Shown one piece after another: positions 18,470 to 26,875 of a stretch of DNA of 60,007 nucleotides. Within the stretch, counting starts at the first letter, position 1. Every line of letters begins with the position of its first letter. Source of the stretch: Candidatus Aegiribacteria sp. (GTDB lineage: Bacteria > Fermentibacterota > Fermentibacteria > Fermentibacterales > JCC-6); NCBI GenBank assembly GCA_046498225.1, contig JAWOBF010000063.1, positions 1 through 60,007 of the forward strand, given 5' to 3'. The notes beneath the pieces are model-generated. The model had not been told where the DNA came from and made no database searches. It saw nothing but the letters and a program-made list of their open reading frames with translations. The position numbers were made by a program, and so were the translations under genes.

Positions 18470-19432
18470 TCAGAGGTTCCCGGAGGCTGACGGTCTTTCC
18501 GGGAACCTCCTGAGGCAGTAGATCTCGTTCTCGTATCGAACCCTCTCCATCAGTCCCTTATCCGTAAGCATGGACAGGATGGCCTCCGGGTCCTCCTCTT
18601 CCGAGAGGAACTTGAGCACGGCTTTCTCACGCATGGGATGAACGGACAGAATGCTCAGCAGGTCGGAGACCGGGTCACCGGTACGGGTAAAATCCTCCCC
18701 TTCGTAGTGTATCATGTATCGGACCTGCTTCAGATATCCGCTGAGGATATGATAGGCGGTATTTATCTCAGCTGCGGATGGCGCCATTACCCAATCCTCC
18801 GCGGGGGGGCGTGTTGGTACGGAGATATAGGCGGTATCAGGATCTGCCCGGGCGAGGAACTCACCGGTGACCTCCAATTCATCCGGTGATGAATTCAGCC
18901 CCGCCACCAGCATCGTTTCTGTCACCAGCTCTCCTGAAAAGCATTCGGAGAACTCCAGTATACCTTCCAGTATCCGGTCCAGGCTGAGTTCTCCATGGGG
19001 TCTGTCCACGGCCCGCCATGTACTCTCCCTGGTCGAGTCCACTTTCAGTGATACCCAGTCTGCCTTGGAGAGAGCCTCCCTGACATCCCTGTTCCATACC
19101 AGCGATGAGTTGGAGATGGCGGCGGTGGGTATTCCGAACCGTTGAAGACCATCCAGCAGCATTCCCAGGTTGATGTCCAGGGTCGGCTCGCCGTCCGGGA
19201 CTACTGTCAGGTAATCCACCGCCGCGCCAACAGCTTCGGTCTGCCTGAGCTTTTCCTCCACAGCTTCCAGTATCTCCGCCGGCCGGTGGAAAGAACGCCT
19301 GGTTACGGACATGCCGGTGGTCCTTCCAACCTGGCAGTATACACAGCTGTAGGTGCAGTTCTTTGGTGGAATGTTGTTTATGCCGACGCTTCTTCCCAGT
19401 CTGCGTGAAGGGACCGGACCGAAAACAAGCAT
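18470..19432 (-). CDS. Radical SAM protein (COG0731-like)
   Basis: 'FGPVPSRRLGRSVGIN', CxxxCxxC (CTYSCVYC), 'DGEPTL'. Confidence 0.9.
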   Translation of the reverse strand: MLVFGPVPSRRLGRSVGINNIPPKNCTYSCVYCQVGRTTGMSVTRRSFHRPAEILEAVEEKLRQTEAVGAAVDYLTVVPDGEPTLDINLGMLLDGLQRFGIPTAAISNSSLVWNRDVREALSKADWVSLKVDSTRESTWRAVDRPHGELSLDRILEGILEFSECFSGELVTETMLVAGLNSSPDELEVTGEFLARADPDTAYISVPTRPPAEDWVMAPSAAEINTAYHILSGYLKQVRYMIHYEGEDFTRTGDPVSDLLSILSVHPMREKAVLKFLSEEEDPEAILSMLTDKGLMERVRYENEIYCLRRFPERPSASGNL

Positions 19433-19463
19433 TATCGTCCTTCTTCTTCTTTGCCGGGACGTT

Positions 19464-22340
19464 TCATACGATTACCGTGGGCCTGGTAACTCCTGCCCTT
19501 ATCTGGGTCCTTCCGGACAGGCAGACGGAACTTCCGATGGAGTTCCGCAGGAAATCCGCGCAGTCCTCATTCATGCGGAAGTCACCGAAACCGGCGGTTA
19601 GGACGATGGTGAACGGAATATCCTCATCTCCGGTCACAGCCACCCCGAGTTCCCTTCCCGAGTACTCCATCCACCGGGTGGCGGATATCGATGGCGTGAT
19701 GATCCCGTTCACGCCCGTTTCCGCAGCGCGTCTCAGAAAAGCGCCTGTGACCGGGACCGTGGAGAATACTACACTGCCCTTCTCCATCTCTCCATTCTCG
19801 ATGTCCGCCGCTTCCCGAAGAGGACCGCTGGTCTCTCCGCCGAAGCCGATTATTCCGTTGAGCATGGTCCCCGATCCTCGAATGAGGACCATCTGGTCGG
19901 GTATCACCTCGGCCACCTCTCCGTACACCCGGGATATCATCCGCACCGGTTCTATGTCGAATTGGACCGTTACAGTGCCCTTCTTCCTGTCAATTTTCCT
20001 CAGCACGCCGCTGGTGGGAGACTTGACCATTGAGGTCTTTCCCCTGGAGATATCGGACGCAAGGAGCTGTCCGGCCTCGACGAAATCGCCGGGCTTCCGC
20101 TTGAGGTATCCACCGATGTGTTTCGGTTTGATGTTCAGAGGACCGGCAATATCCACCACATGGGGTTTCTCATCGTAATCCTGGACCTCCCGCACTACGA
20201 TGAGGCCGTTCTTCTCGATTCGTGTTACCCTGCCCCTTACGGGCGAGTGAAAGGTGAAATCGAATCCGGCCAGACCTTCCCGGTGGATCTTGTAGAGAGG
20301 GGCGTTGAGAGTGACCCTGTCGCCCTCCTTCACAAGGAGTCCGGTCCTGATCTCCTCCGGAGTGAGATGCCTGTCGTAGCCCGGTATCTTGTTGAGATCG
20401 ATTATGTAGAGTTTCGGAGGGTCGTACCTGTTCTCTCCCAGGAGCGTCCCCGGTTCCACTCTGTCACCCCTTTGGACGTGGACAGTACCGCTGTAGGGCA
20501 GTCGGTACTCCTTCTCCCATTCGCCGGTTTCAAGCTCACCCTGCCTGGGTCTGATGGAGCTGGTGAGACTCGATGCGTCGGTATGGCTGAAGACCGGTAT
20601 TCCCCCGTCGGAGAGGGGTTTTTCCGATCCGCCTTCACCCCGGTTCCGGCAGTCGATCAGGACCGGCAGGTCCGTAACCAGGTTTCCTTCGAAGTTTCCC
20701 AGCGAGGCGCCGTCCTCCAGCGTGAACTCAAGGTCGCCGCCTGATTCCAGGTAAACGGCATCACCGTAGTTCAGCTCCATCGTTTCGCCGGAGTCATTAT
20801 TCCTGACGGTCACTGCTCTGTGGCCATCCTCGAATTTTCCGAAGGGGGCCGCCACCCAGCCGAGGATCTCCAGGCACTGGTCCCGGAAGAGTTTAAGCGA
20901 TGTATCCTCGTCTATTTCAGATAACACTCCCAGGTGAGGGCTCCTGAAGTCCCTGTCGACGGCCAGCCTGGTCATACCGTACGGTCTGAAGCCCTCGGCC
21001 AGCATCCAGAAGGCTTCCGTTGCCTCGGCGTGGGAGATGACCCCGCCGGAACCGATGACCAGATCTATGTCCGACAGGTTGAATGAACTGCTCTCCGATG
21101 TCAGGAAGGTCTCCTCGAACATCTTTCTGTTCCGGGCCTTCATCCTGTCCAGGAAGCCCAGCCTTTTGAGCTGGTAGCATGTAGCAAGATGCTCGTCCCA
21201 GGAGGACTGCATTCCGCAGATCGCCGCAGCCTGTTCCACCAGCATCTCCTCACGGCCGCGCGGCACGTAGGTGGGGGCTATGGTCTTGTTGTAGATGTAA
21301 TCGCGCACCCGGTCCTCATCGAAGGACCCCGGGAGGTATTTCCGGAGAAGTTTCATACCCGACCGGCGAAGGATGTTCGCCATGGAATAGCTCATGCCGG
21401 TGTTGGCCGCCACAGTGCGGTTGTACTCGCCTGTGATGCATGAAAAAATGTCGGTGGTGGCTCCGCCCATGTCCATCATCAGTACATTCTCGCCGGTATG
21501 TCCGCTGTACAGCCTCAGCATGTTCTCCACGCCCGCGGGTGTCGGCAGAATATCGGATATCACGAAGTCCTTGAGTTCCGAATAACCGGGAGCCCTTTCC
21601 ATCACGTTCTCCATGAAAAGCCTGTGGACCTCGTTCCTGGCCGGTTCCATGTTCATTTCTTCCATGGAAGGCCGCACGTTGTCCACTATGTGAACATCGA
21701 AGTTGTCCTTGAGAACATCGCCGACGAATGATCTGGCTTCCCTGTTGCCGCAGAAGACAAGGGGGATCTTCATGTCCTGCCTGAACTTGGGCTGAGGGTC
21801 GGAGAGGGCCAGCAATTCCGCAAGGCGGACGACCCCCGCTATGGCCCCCCCGTCGGTCCCGCCGGCCAGCATTATCATGTCGGGATGAAGGTCCTGAATT
21901 GCCCGCATCTGCTCTACAGCCTGGAGTTCGTCATCTATGGAGATAACTCTCAGAACCACCCCTCCTGCGTTGCTCGCGGTCTTTTCCGCTATCCTTCCTG
22001 TCTCGACGGAGGTCAGTCCGAAGACCAGCATCTGCAGGCCTCCCCCGGCCGAACTCGTGGAAAGGTAGGGAACGGCGGGCATGCCCCGGCCCCTCGAAAG
22101 CTTCTCCCCGGTGATGGATTCGAGCTTTCTCACAGATCCGGCCACTCCTATGCACACATCCTCCTGGGGTTTTTCAACGGTTGTGGGAACATCCGCGCCG
22201 GCTACGGCACTCAACCCTCCATCCGCGGTCCTCTTGAGGAGAAGGGCCTTGGTGGTCGTGCTCCCTACGTCGGTGATGATGAGAAATCCCGGTTTTCTTC
22301 CGGCTCCCTCGAGGTCTCTGTTCAGTACTCCATCTCTCAT
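19464..22340 (-). CDS. Glutamate mutase L (GlmL/MutL)-like ASKHA ATPase fused to a barrel-sandwich-hybrid repeat domain
   Basis: 'DVGSTTTK', 'SSAGGGL', 'AGGTDGG', 'DMGGATTD', 'IGSGG'; C-terminal 'V..GD.V..G..L' and 'SP..G.V..I' repeats ending 'GRTQIRAGVTRP'. Start uncertain. Confidence 0.8.
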   Translation of the reverse strand: MRDGVLNRDLEGAGRKPGFLIITDVGSTTTKALLLKRTADGGLSAVAGADVPTTVEKPQEDVCIGVAGSVRKLESITGEKLSRGRGMPAVPYLSTSSAGGGLQMLVFGLTSVETGRIAEKTASNAGGVVLRVISIDDELQAVEQMRAIQDLHPDMIMLAGGTDGGAIAGVVRLAELLALSDPQPKFRQDMKIPLVFCGNREARSFVGDVLKDNFDVHIVDNVRPSMEEMNMEPARNEVHRLFMENVMERAPGYSELKDFVISDILPTPAGVENMLRLYSGHTGENVLMMDMGGATTDIFSCITGEYNRTVAANTGMSYSMANILRRSGMKLLRKYLPGSFDEDRVRDYIYNKTIAPTYVPRGREEMLVEQAAAICGMQSSWDEHLATCYQLKRLGFLDRMKARNRKMFEETFLTSESSSFNLSDIDLVIGSGGVISHAEATEAFWMLAEGFRPYGMTRLAVDRDFRSPHLGVLSEIDEDTSLKLFRDQCLEILGWVAAPFGKFEDGHRAVTVRNNDSGETMELNYGDAVYLESGGDLEFTLEDGASLGNFEGNLVTDLPVLIDCRNRGEGGSEKPLSDGGIPVFSHTDASSLTSSIRPRQGELETGEWEKEYRLPYSGTVHVQRGDRVEPGTLLGENRYDPPKLYIIDLNKIPGYDRHLTPEEIRTGLLVKEGDRVTLNAPLYKIHREGLAGFDFTFHSPVRGRVTRIEKNGLIVVREVQDYDEKPHVVDIAGPLNIKPKHIGGYLKRKPGDFVEAGQLLASDISRGKTSMVKSPTSGVLRKIDRKKGTVTVQFDIEPVRMISRVYGEVAEVIPDQMVLIRGSGTMLNGIIGFGGETSGPLREAADIENGEMEKGSVVFSTVPVTGAFLRRAAETGVNGIITPSISATRWMEYSGRELGVAVTGDEDIPFTIVLTAGFGDFRMNEDCADFLRNSIGSSVCLSGRTQIRAGVTRPTVIV

Positions 22341-22444
22341 GGGAATGCACCTTTCGTGCGCTTGAGTGATACTCTTTTTATATCCCGCCGACGCCTTGAT
22401 TGTCAAACGTATCGTGCACAGTGACCGGCCTGACAGGCGAACAC

Positions 22445-22580
22445 AAGTTAAAGATTATTAGAACTAATATTTGAATTTTATAGCTATAATAACTATAAAT
22501 ATTGTTATAAACGGTCAAATAAGTTAATGAATTCAGGTGCGTCCCTGATGTTGCCTCGATGTTGTCAATGTATAATCATT
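22445..22580. promoter_or_regulatory. AT-rich divergent promoter region with an imperfect palindrome
   Basis: TTTATAGCTAT-A-ATAACTATAAA (22477-22499; 10/11 symmetric); TATAAT at 22571-22576. Confidence 0.55.
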
Positions 22581-22633
22581 GTGTATTCAGTGTACCCCTG
22601 TGGCACATGCACACCCCCCCAGAAGGAGATGAT

Positions 22634-24154
22634 ATGGCTGTGGTATTGGATGGAACCGGTCTTACTCTCGAGAAGCTCGTCAGGGTAGCCAGGCACGGAG
22701 AGAAGGTGGAGCTTTCGAAGGAAGCCGAGGAGAGAATAAGGTTCTGCCGGGGAATGATACAGAAGAAGCTGGACGAGAAGGAGATAATGTACGGCGTCAA
22801 CACCGGCATCGGGGAGTTCTCCGAGACCCTTCTCAGCGACGAGGAAGTGAAGCAGTTCCAGAAGTACCTGGTCTACAACCATGCCGCCGGCATAGGCGAC
22901 CCCGCCCCCCTGGAGTACGTCCGGGGCGCCATGGCCTCCCGGATCAATGTCCACGCCAAGGGCCATTCCGCCCTGAGGCCGGAGATGACCGGGATGCTGG
23001 TGGAGATGCTGAACCGCGGCGTCACCCCCTTCGTATGCCAGAAGGGCTCCGTGGGCGCGTGCGGCGACCTGGCCCCCATGTCCCAGATAGCGCTGGTGGT
23101 CATAGGGGAGGGCAGCGCCTACTACGAAGGCGAACTCCTTCCCGGAGCCAAGGCGCTGGAACGCGCCGGCCTGAAGCCGGAAGTCTTCCATGCCCGGGAC
23201 GGGCTGGCCATGATCAACGGCTCCAACCTCCTGAACGCCATGAACGCGATCCATCTCTACGACATGAACAGGTGGCTGAAGCAGGCGGAGATAGCAGCGG
23301 CAATGAGCCTTGAGGCTCTGATAGCGAATTTCAAGCCCTACAACGAGAAGCTTCACAGGGCCAGGGGATTCTCCGGGGCTGTCCGCACCGCCCGGGCCCT
23401 GATGAAATGCATCGAGGGGAGCGGCCTCCTGGAGGGAGGCAAGAAGAAAGTCCAGGACGCCTACTCCATGCGCAGCACGCCCCAGGTGATAGGCGCCGCC
23501 CACGACGCGCTGGCCTACGCCAGGAGCCAGGTGGAGATAGAGCTGAACGGTGTGGGCGACAATCCGGTGTTCTTCCCGGAGGAGGACCTGGTCCTCACCG
23601 GGGCGAACTTCCAGGGCACCCCTGTATCGCTGCCCATGGACATGATGGGAGCCGCCATCACCATGGTAAGCGTGATGTCCGAGAGAAGGCTGAACAGGAT
23701 ACTGAACCCCGCGCTTTCGGTGGGGCTGACCCCCTTCCTGGCGGAGAAACCCGGCCTGTACAGCGGCCACATGCTGAGCCAGTACACCGCCGGCATGCTC
23801 ATCGTGGAGCAGAGAGCGCTCTCCCTCCCCTCCTCCTGCGCCTCCATACCGGCGGCTGCCGACCAGGAGGATTTCGTGAGCATGGGAATGAACACCGCCA
23901 TTCAGAACCACCAGATACTGGAGAACGCCTGCGGCATACTGGGCATAGAGTTCATAGCGGCCGCCGACGGCCTGGACCAGCGGGACCACAGGCCGGGCAG
24001 GGGAGTTCAGGCGGCATACGACGCCATAAGGAAGCATATAACCCACCTGGGAGAGGACAGACCGCTCTACCCGGACCACACCAAGATGGCCGAAGTGGTC
24101 AGGTCCTGCGAGATACTGGAAGCTGTCGAGGCCGAGGTCGGCTCACTGGAATAG
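22634..24154 (+). CDS. Histidine/aromatic amino acid ammonia-lyase family (HutH-like) with Ala-Cys-Gly MIO triad
   Basis: 'YGVNTGIG', 'GSVGACGDLAPM', 'GLAMING', 'QDAYSMR', 'DNP', 'QEDFVSM'; AAGGAG SD. Confidence 0.9.
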   Translation: MAVVLDGTGLTLEKLVRVARHGEKVELSKEAEERIRFCRGMIQKKLDEKEIMYGVNTGIGEFSETLLSDEEVKQFQKYLVYNHAAGIGDPAPLEYVRGAMASRINVHAKGHSALRPEMTGMLVEMLNRGVTPFVCQKGSVGACGDLAPMSQIALVVIGEGSAYYEGELLPGAKALERAGLKPEVFHARDGLAMINGSNLLNAMNAIHLYDMNRWLKQAEIAAAMSLEALIANFKPYNEKLHRARGFSGAVRTARALMKCIEGSGLLEGGKKKVQDAYSMRSTPQVIGAAHDALAYARSQVEIELNGVGDNPVFFPEEDLVLTGANFQGTPVSLPMDMMGAAITMVSVMSERRLNRILNPALSVGLTPFLAEKPGLYSGHMLSQYTAGMLIVEQRALSLPSSCASIPAAADQEDFVSMGMNTAIQNHQILENACGILGIEFIAAADGLDQRDHRPGRGVQAAYDAIRKHITHLGEDRPLYPDHTKMAEVVRSCEILEAVEAEVGSLE

Positions 24155-24164
24155 GAGATAGAGA

Positions 24165-26699
24165 ATGCGTCGCCTGATGTTACTGTTCGCTGCGGCTTTG
24201 ATATTCGCGCCGGCCCTGACTGCGGTTCCCGAGGGGATACCCATTCAGTACATGGATTCCCGGGGCAGGCTTCCCATGTCCACCGTTCGAAGGATGGAGA
24301 TGACCGGGGACAGGGGCCCCTACACCAGGACCGTGTCTGCCGTCTCCATGGCCGGCGAGGCGGACAGTCTCGTAGTGCTCCTTGTGGAGGAGGCTTTGAG
24401 CGGCGATATCGGAAGCGCCCTCACCACTTACCAGTCTGATCTGGAGAACGAGGGGTACGCCGTTGAGGTCTGGCTCATATCCGGGGGTACCGCCGCTGAC
24501 ATAAGGAGTGACCTCCAGGCGCTCTACGCCGGGGGAGACCTGGCGGGAGCGGTCTGCATAGGCGACATCCCCACAGGCTGGTACGACGGAGGGTACGGTG
24601 AATACCCGATAGACGCTTTTCTCATGGACATGAACGGAAGCTGGACCGACAGCGACTCGGACGGCCTCTACGAATCCTACAGCGGCGGCGCACCGGAGAT
24701 ATGGGTGGGAAGGCTCACCCCCACCTACCTCACCTTCGGGAGCGCGGCCGATCTTCTGAACGCCTACTTCGCGAAGAACCACGCCTACAGGACCGGCGGG
24801 CTGTCCCTGCCGGACCGGGCCCTGGCCTACGAGGAGGCGTTCACCGGCCTTACAGGATACCTGCACGACCTCTACTCCACGGTGGTGACGAAGAACGACC
24901 CGTCTTCCACCAACGCCGACGATTTCAAGGCCGAGCTGACGGCCGGCTACGAGTGGGTTCATCTCATCTCCCACTCCAGCCCCTGGGGCAGCAGCTTCCA
25001 TGACGGGGCCCCGCCCTCCGGAGGAGGGACCCTGAACAATTTCGAGGTTCCGCCCCTGGACCCACAGGCTTTCTTCTACGTCCTGAACTGCTGCTCCAAC
25101 GGCAGGTGGACCGAGGTGGACAACCTGGCCAACAGCTACATATGGACCGACTCCTACGGCCTGGCGGCTCTGGCACAGACCAGGGTGGACTACACCAATA
25201 ATTTCCAGGAGTACTACCAGACCCTGGCCACCGGCAGCTGCCTGGGCGAGGCCTTCAGGAACTGGCTGGCCAACAACATGTACATGGAGGACGGAGCGGT
25301 GCTCCTGGGAGACCCCACCCTCAGGCCCAGGCTGGGAGGCCTGCGGCACAGCGGGGTCGGCGGAGGGACCGCGCCCGCCCCGGAAAGCGACTCCTGGCTC
25401 GCCTTCGACATCTCCGACGGCCTGCACACCCAGGGAAGGGTGGATACCTACCACGACCCCTGGTCCGGTCAGATCTTCGCCGTCTGCGGGACATCGGACC
25501 CGGTGAGGGCCAACATCATGTCCACCTGCTTCGACGGTGATTCCTGGGCGGCGCCTATACCTGTCAGCAACCATGAATACTGGGACTGGCACCCCACCGT
25601 GGGGGGCGACGGCCAGGGCAGCGTCTGGACAGCATGGCAGAGCATGGACAACAACCACGAGGGCTACGACATATACGTCTCCAGGTGGAACGGCTCGGCC
25701 TGGGTGGACGAGACCATCCTCACCGACGGAGACCCCTTCGAGGTAGAGCCGTCCATGGACGGAGGAGACGGTCACGCATGGCTGGTCTGGCAGAAGTGGC
25801 AGAACGCCTGCACGGATATTGAAGGCGTATTCTGGACAGGTTCCGGATGGTCGTCCGTACAGACCCTCTCATCCGGGGATGGGGCCGAGAGGCACCCCGA
25901 CGTGGCCCGGGGAGGGGACGGCTTCGGCCTGGTATACCACGCGAAGAGGGACGGAGACTGGGTCATCTGCTTCCGGGACGCTCCGGATTCCGGCCCCTTC
26001 GGGTCGGAAACCGTGATATCGTCCTCCGGGTCGGGCGGCAGGTACGCGGACCTCACCAGCGACGGAAGCCAGTACTGGGCGGCCTGGCAGGACGACGGCG
26101 GAGGAATAATGGTCTCCCACGGCTCCGGTTCCTCGTGGTCCCCGCCCGAGATGGTCTCCCAGGCTGAGGGCTGCGTGAGACCCTCCATCGCGTCATCTCC
26201 ATCGGGGGAGATAATGGTGATGTGGACCTCCGGGACCACTGGGCTGCATTACAACACCTGCGTCGGCGGTATCTGGCAGGGGTACGCCGCCGCCGTCACC
26301 GAGGACGCGGTGGACGACGTCTCCCTGGCCTTCCTGGATGGTGAGGTATGGGGTGTGTACGGCAGAAGGGACACGGACCTGCAGTGGGATCTGTGGGCAT
26401 GTACCCCGGACCCTCTGGGTACAGGTGGAGGATCGCAGTCGCCCGAGGAACTCTCCATCTCGGTTGCCGGGACCAATCCCTTCCACGGCAGCGCCGTGCT
26501 GAACATCTCCGGCCGGTCCGATGTCAGGCTGCGGATATACGACCTCAGCGGAAGGACCGTCCTGGATGCCATGGTCCAGCCTGGACTGTACACCTGGAAC
26601 GGAACCTCCCGCGGCGGGCAGGAGGTGCCGTCGGGCGCCTACTTCGCCGTTGCCGGAGGGAACGGAGAGACGGACACCTGCAAGCTGATAAAGCTGTAG
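24165..26699 (+). CDS. C25 (gingipain-like) cysteine peptidase with beta-repeat region and C-terminal T9SS/FlgD-like domain
   Basis: Signal peptide; 'IGDIP', 'PEIWVGRL', 'SHS' and 'NCCSNG' putative His/Cys dyad, 'LLGDPTL'; CTD 'NPF...IYDLSGR.V...WNG...VPSGAYF'. Confidence 0.85.
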   Translation: MRRLMLLFAAALIFAPALTAVPEGIPIQYMDSRGRLPMSTVRRMEMTGDRGPYTRTVSAVSMAGEADSLVVLLVEEALSGDIGSALTTYQSDLENEGYAVEVWLISGGTAADIRSDLQALYAGGDLAGAVCIGDIPTGWYDGGYGEYPIDAFLMDMNGSWTDSDSDGLYESYSGGAPEIWVGRLTPTYLTFGSAADLLNAYFAKNHAYRTGGLSLPDRALAYEEAFTGLTGYLHDLYSTVVTKNDPSSTNADDFKAELTAGYEWVHLISHSSPWGSSFHDGAPPSGGGTLNNFEVPPLDPQAFFYVLNCCSNGRWTEVDNLANSYIWTDSYGLAALAQTRVDYTNNFQEYYQTLATGSCLGEAFRNWLANNMYMEDGAVLLGDPTLRPRLGGLRHSGVGGGTAPAPESDSWLAFDISDGLHTQGRVDTYHDPWSGQIFAVCGTSDPVRANIMSTCFDGDSWAAPIPVSNHEYWDWHPTVGGDGQGSVWTAWQSMDNNHEGYDIYVSRWNGSAWVDETILTDGDPFEVEPSMDGGDGHAWLVWQKWQNACTDIEGVFWTGSGWSSVQTLSSGDGAERHPDVARGGDGFGLVYHAKRDGDWVICFRDAPDSGPFGSETVISSSGSGGRYADLTSDGSQYWAAWQDDGGGIMVSHGSGSSWSPPEMVSQAEGCVRPSIASSPSGEIMVMWTSGTTGLHYNTCVGGIWQGYAAAVTEDAVDDVSLAFLDGEVWGVYGRRDTDLQWDLWACTPDPLGTGGGSQSPEELSISVAGTNPFHGSAVLNISGRSDVRLRIYDLSGRTVLDAMVQPGLYTWNGTSRGGQEVPSGAYFAVAGGNGETDTCKLIKL

Positions 26700-26875
26700 G
26701 GTCAGGTCTTGCATTTGAGCATTATTGTTATATTACTATTAATTACTATGTGTAATATCAATATTATCGTAGAATACCTGTCAGCGGGGATCATTCCGGT
26801 CCTTCCGGGGTCATCCCCGCCCTTCCCATCTACCGGAAGAACGGACGCTATTCGGCTTCCCGCTGCAGGCCCAAG

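Noticed and set aside
19464..22340. DNA mismatch repair MutL
   Set aside because: Motifs are ASKHA/GlmL type, not GHKL; only the name is shared.
22565..25775. Long antisense ORFs (504 aa and 531 aa), and similar ones at 4262-5473, 32766-34595, 40147-41472 and 57148-58755
   Set aside because: They shadow well-supported genes on the opposite strand, as expected from high-GC codon bias, and carry no recognisable motifs.
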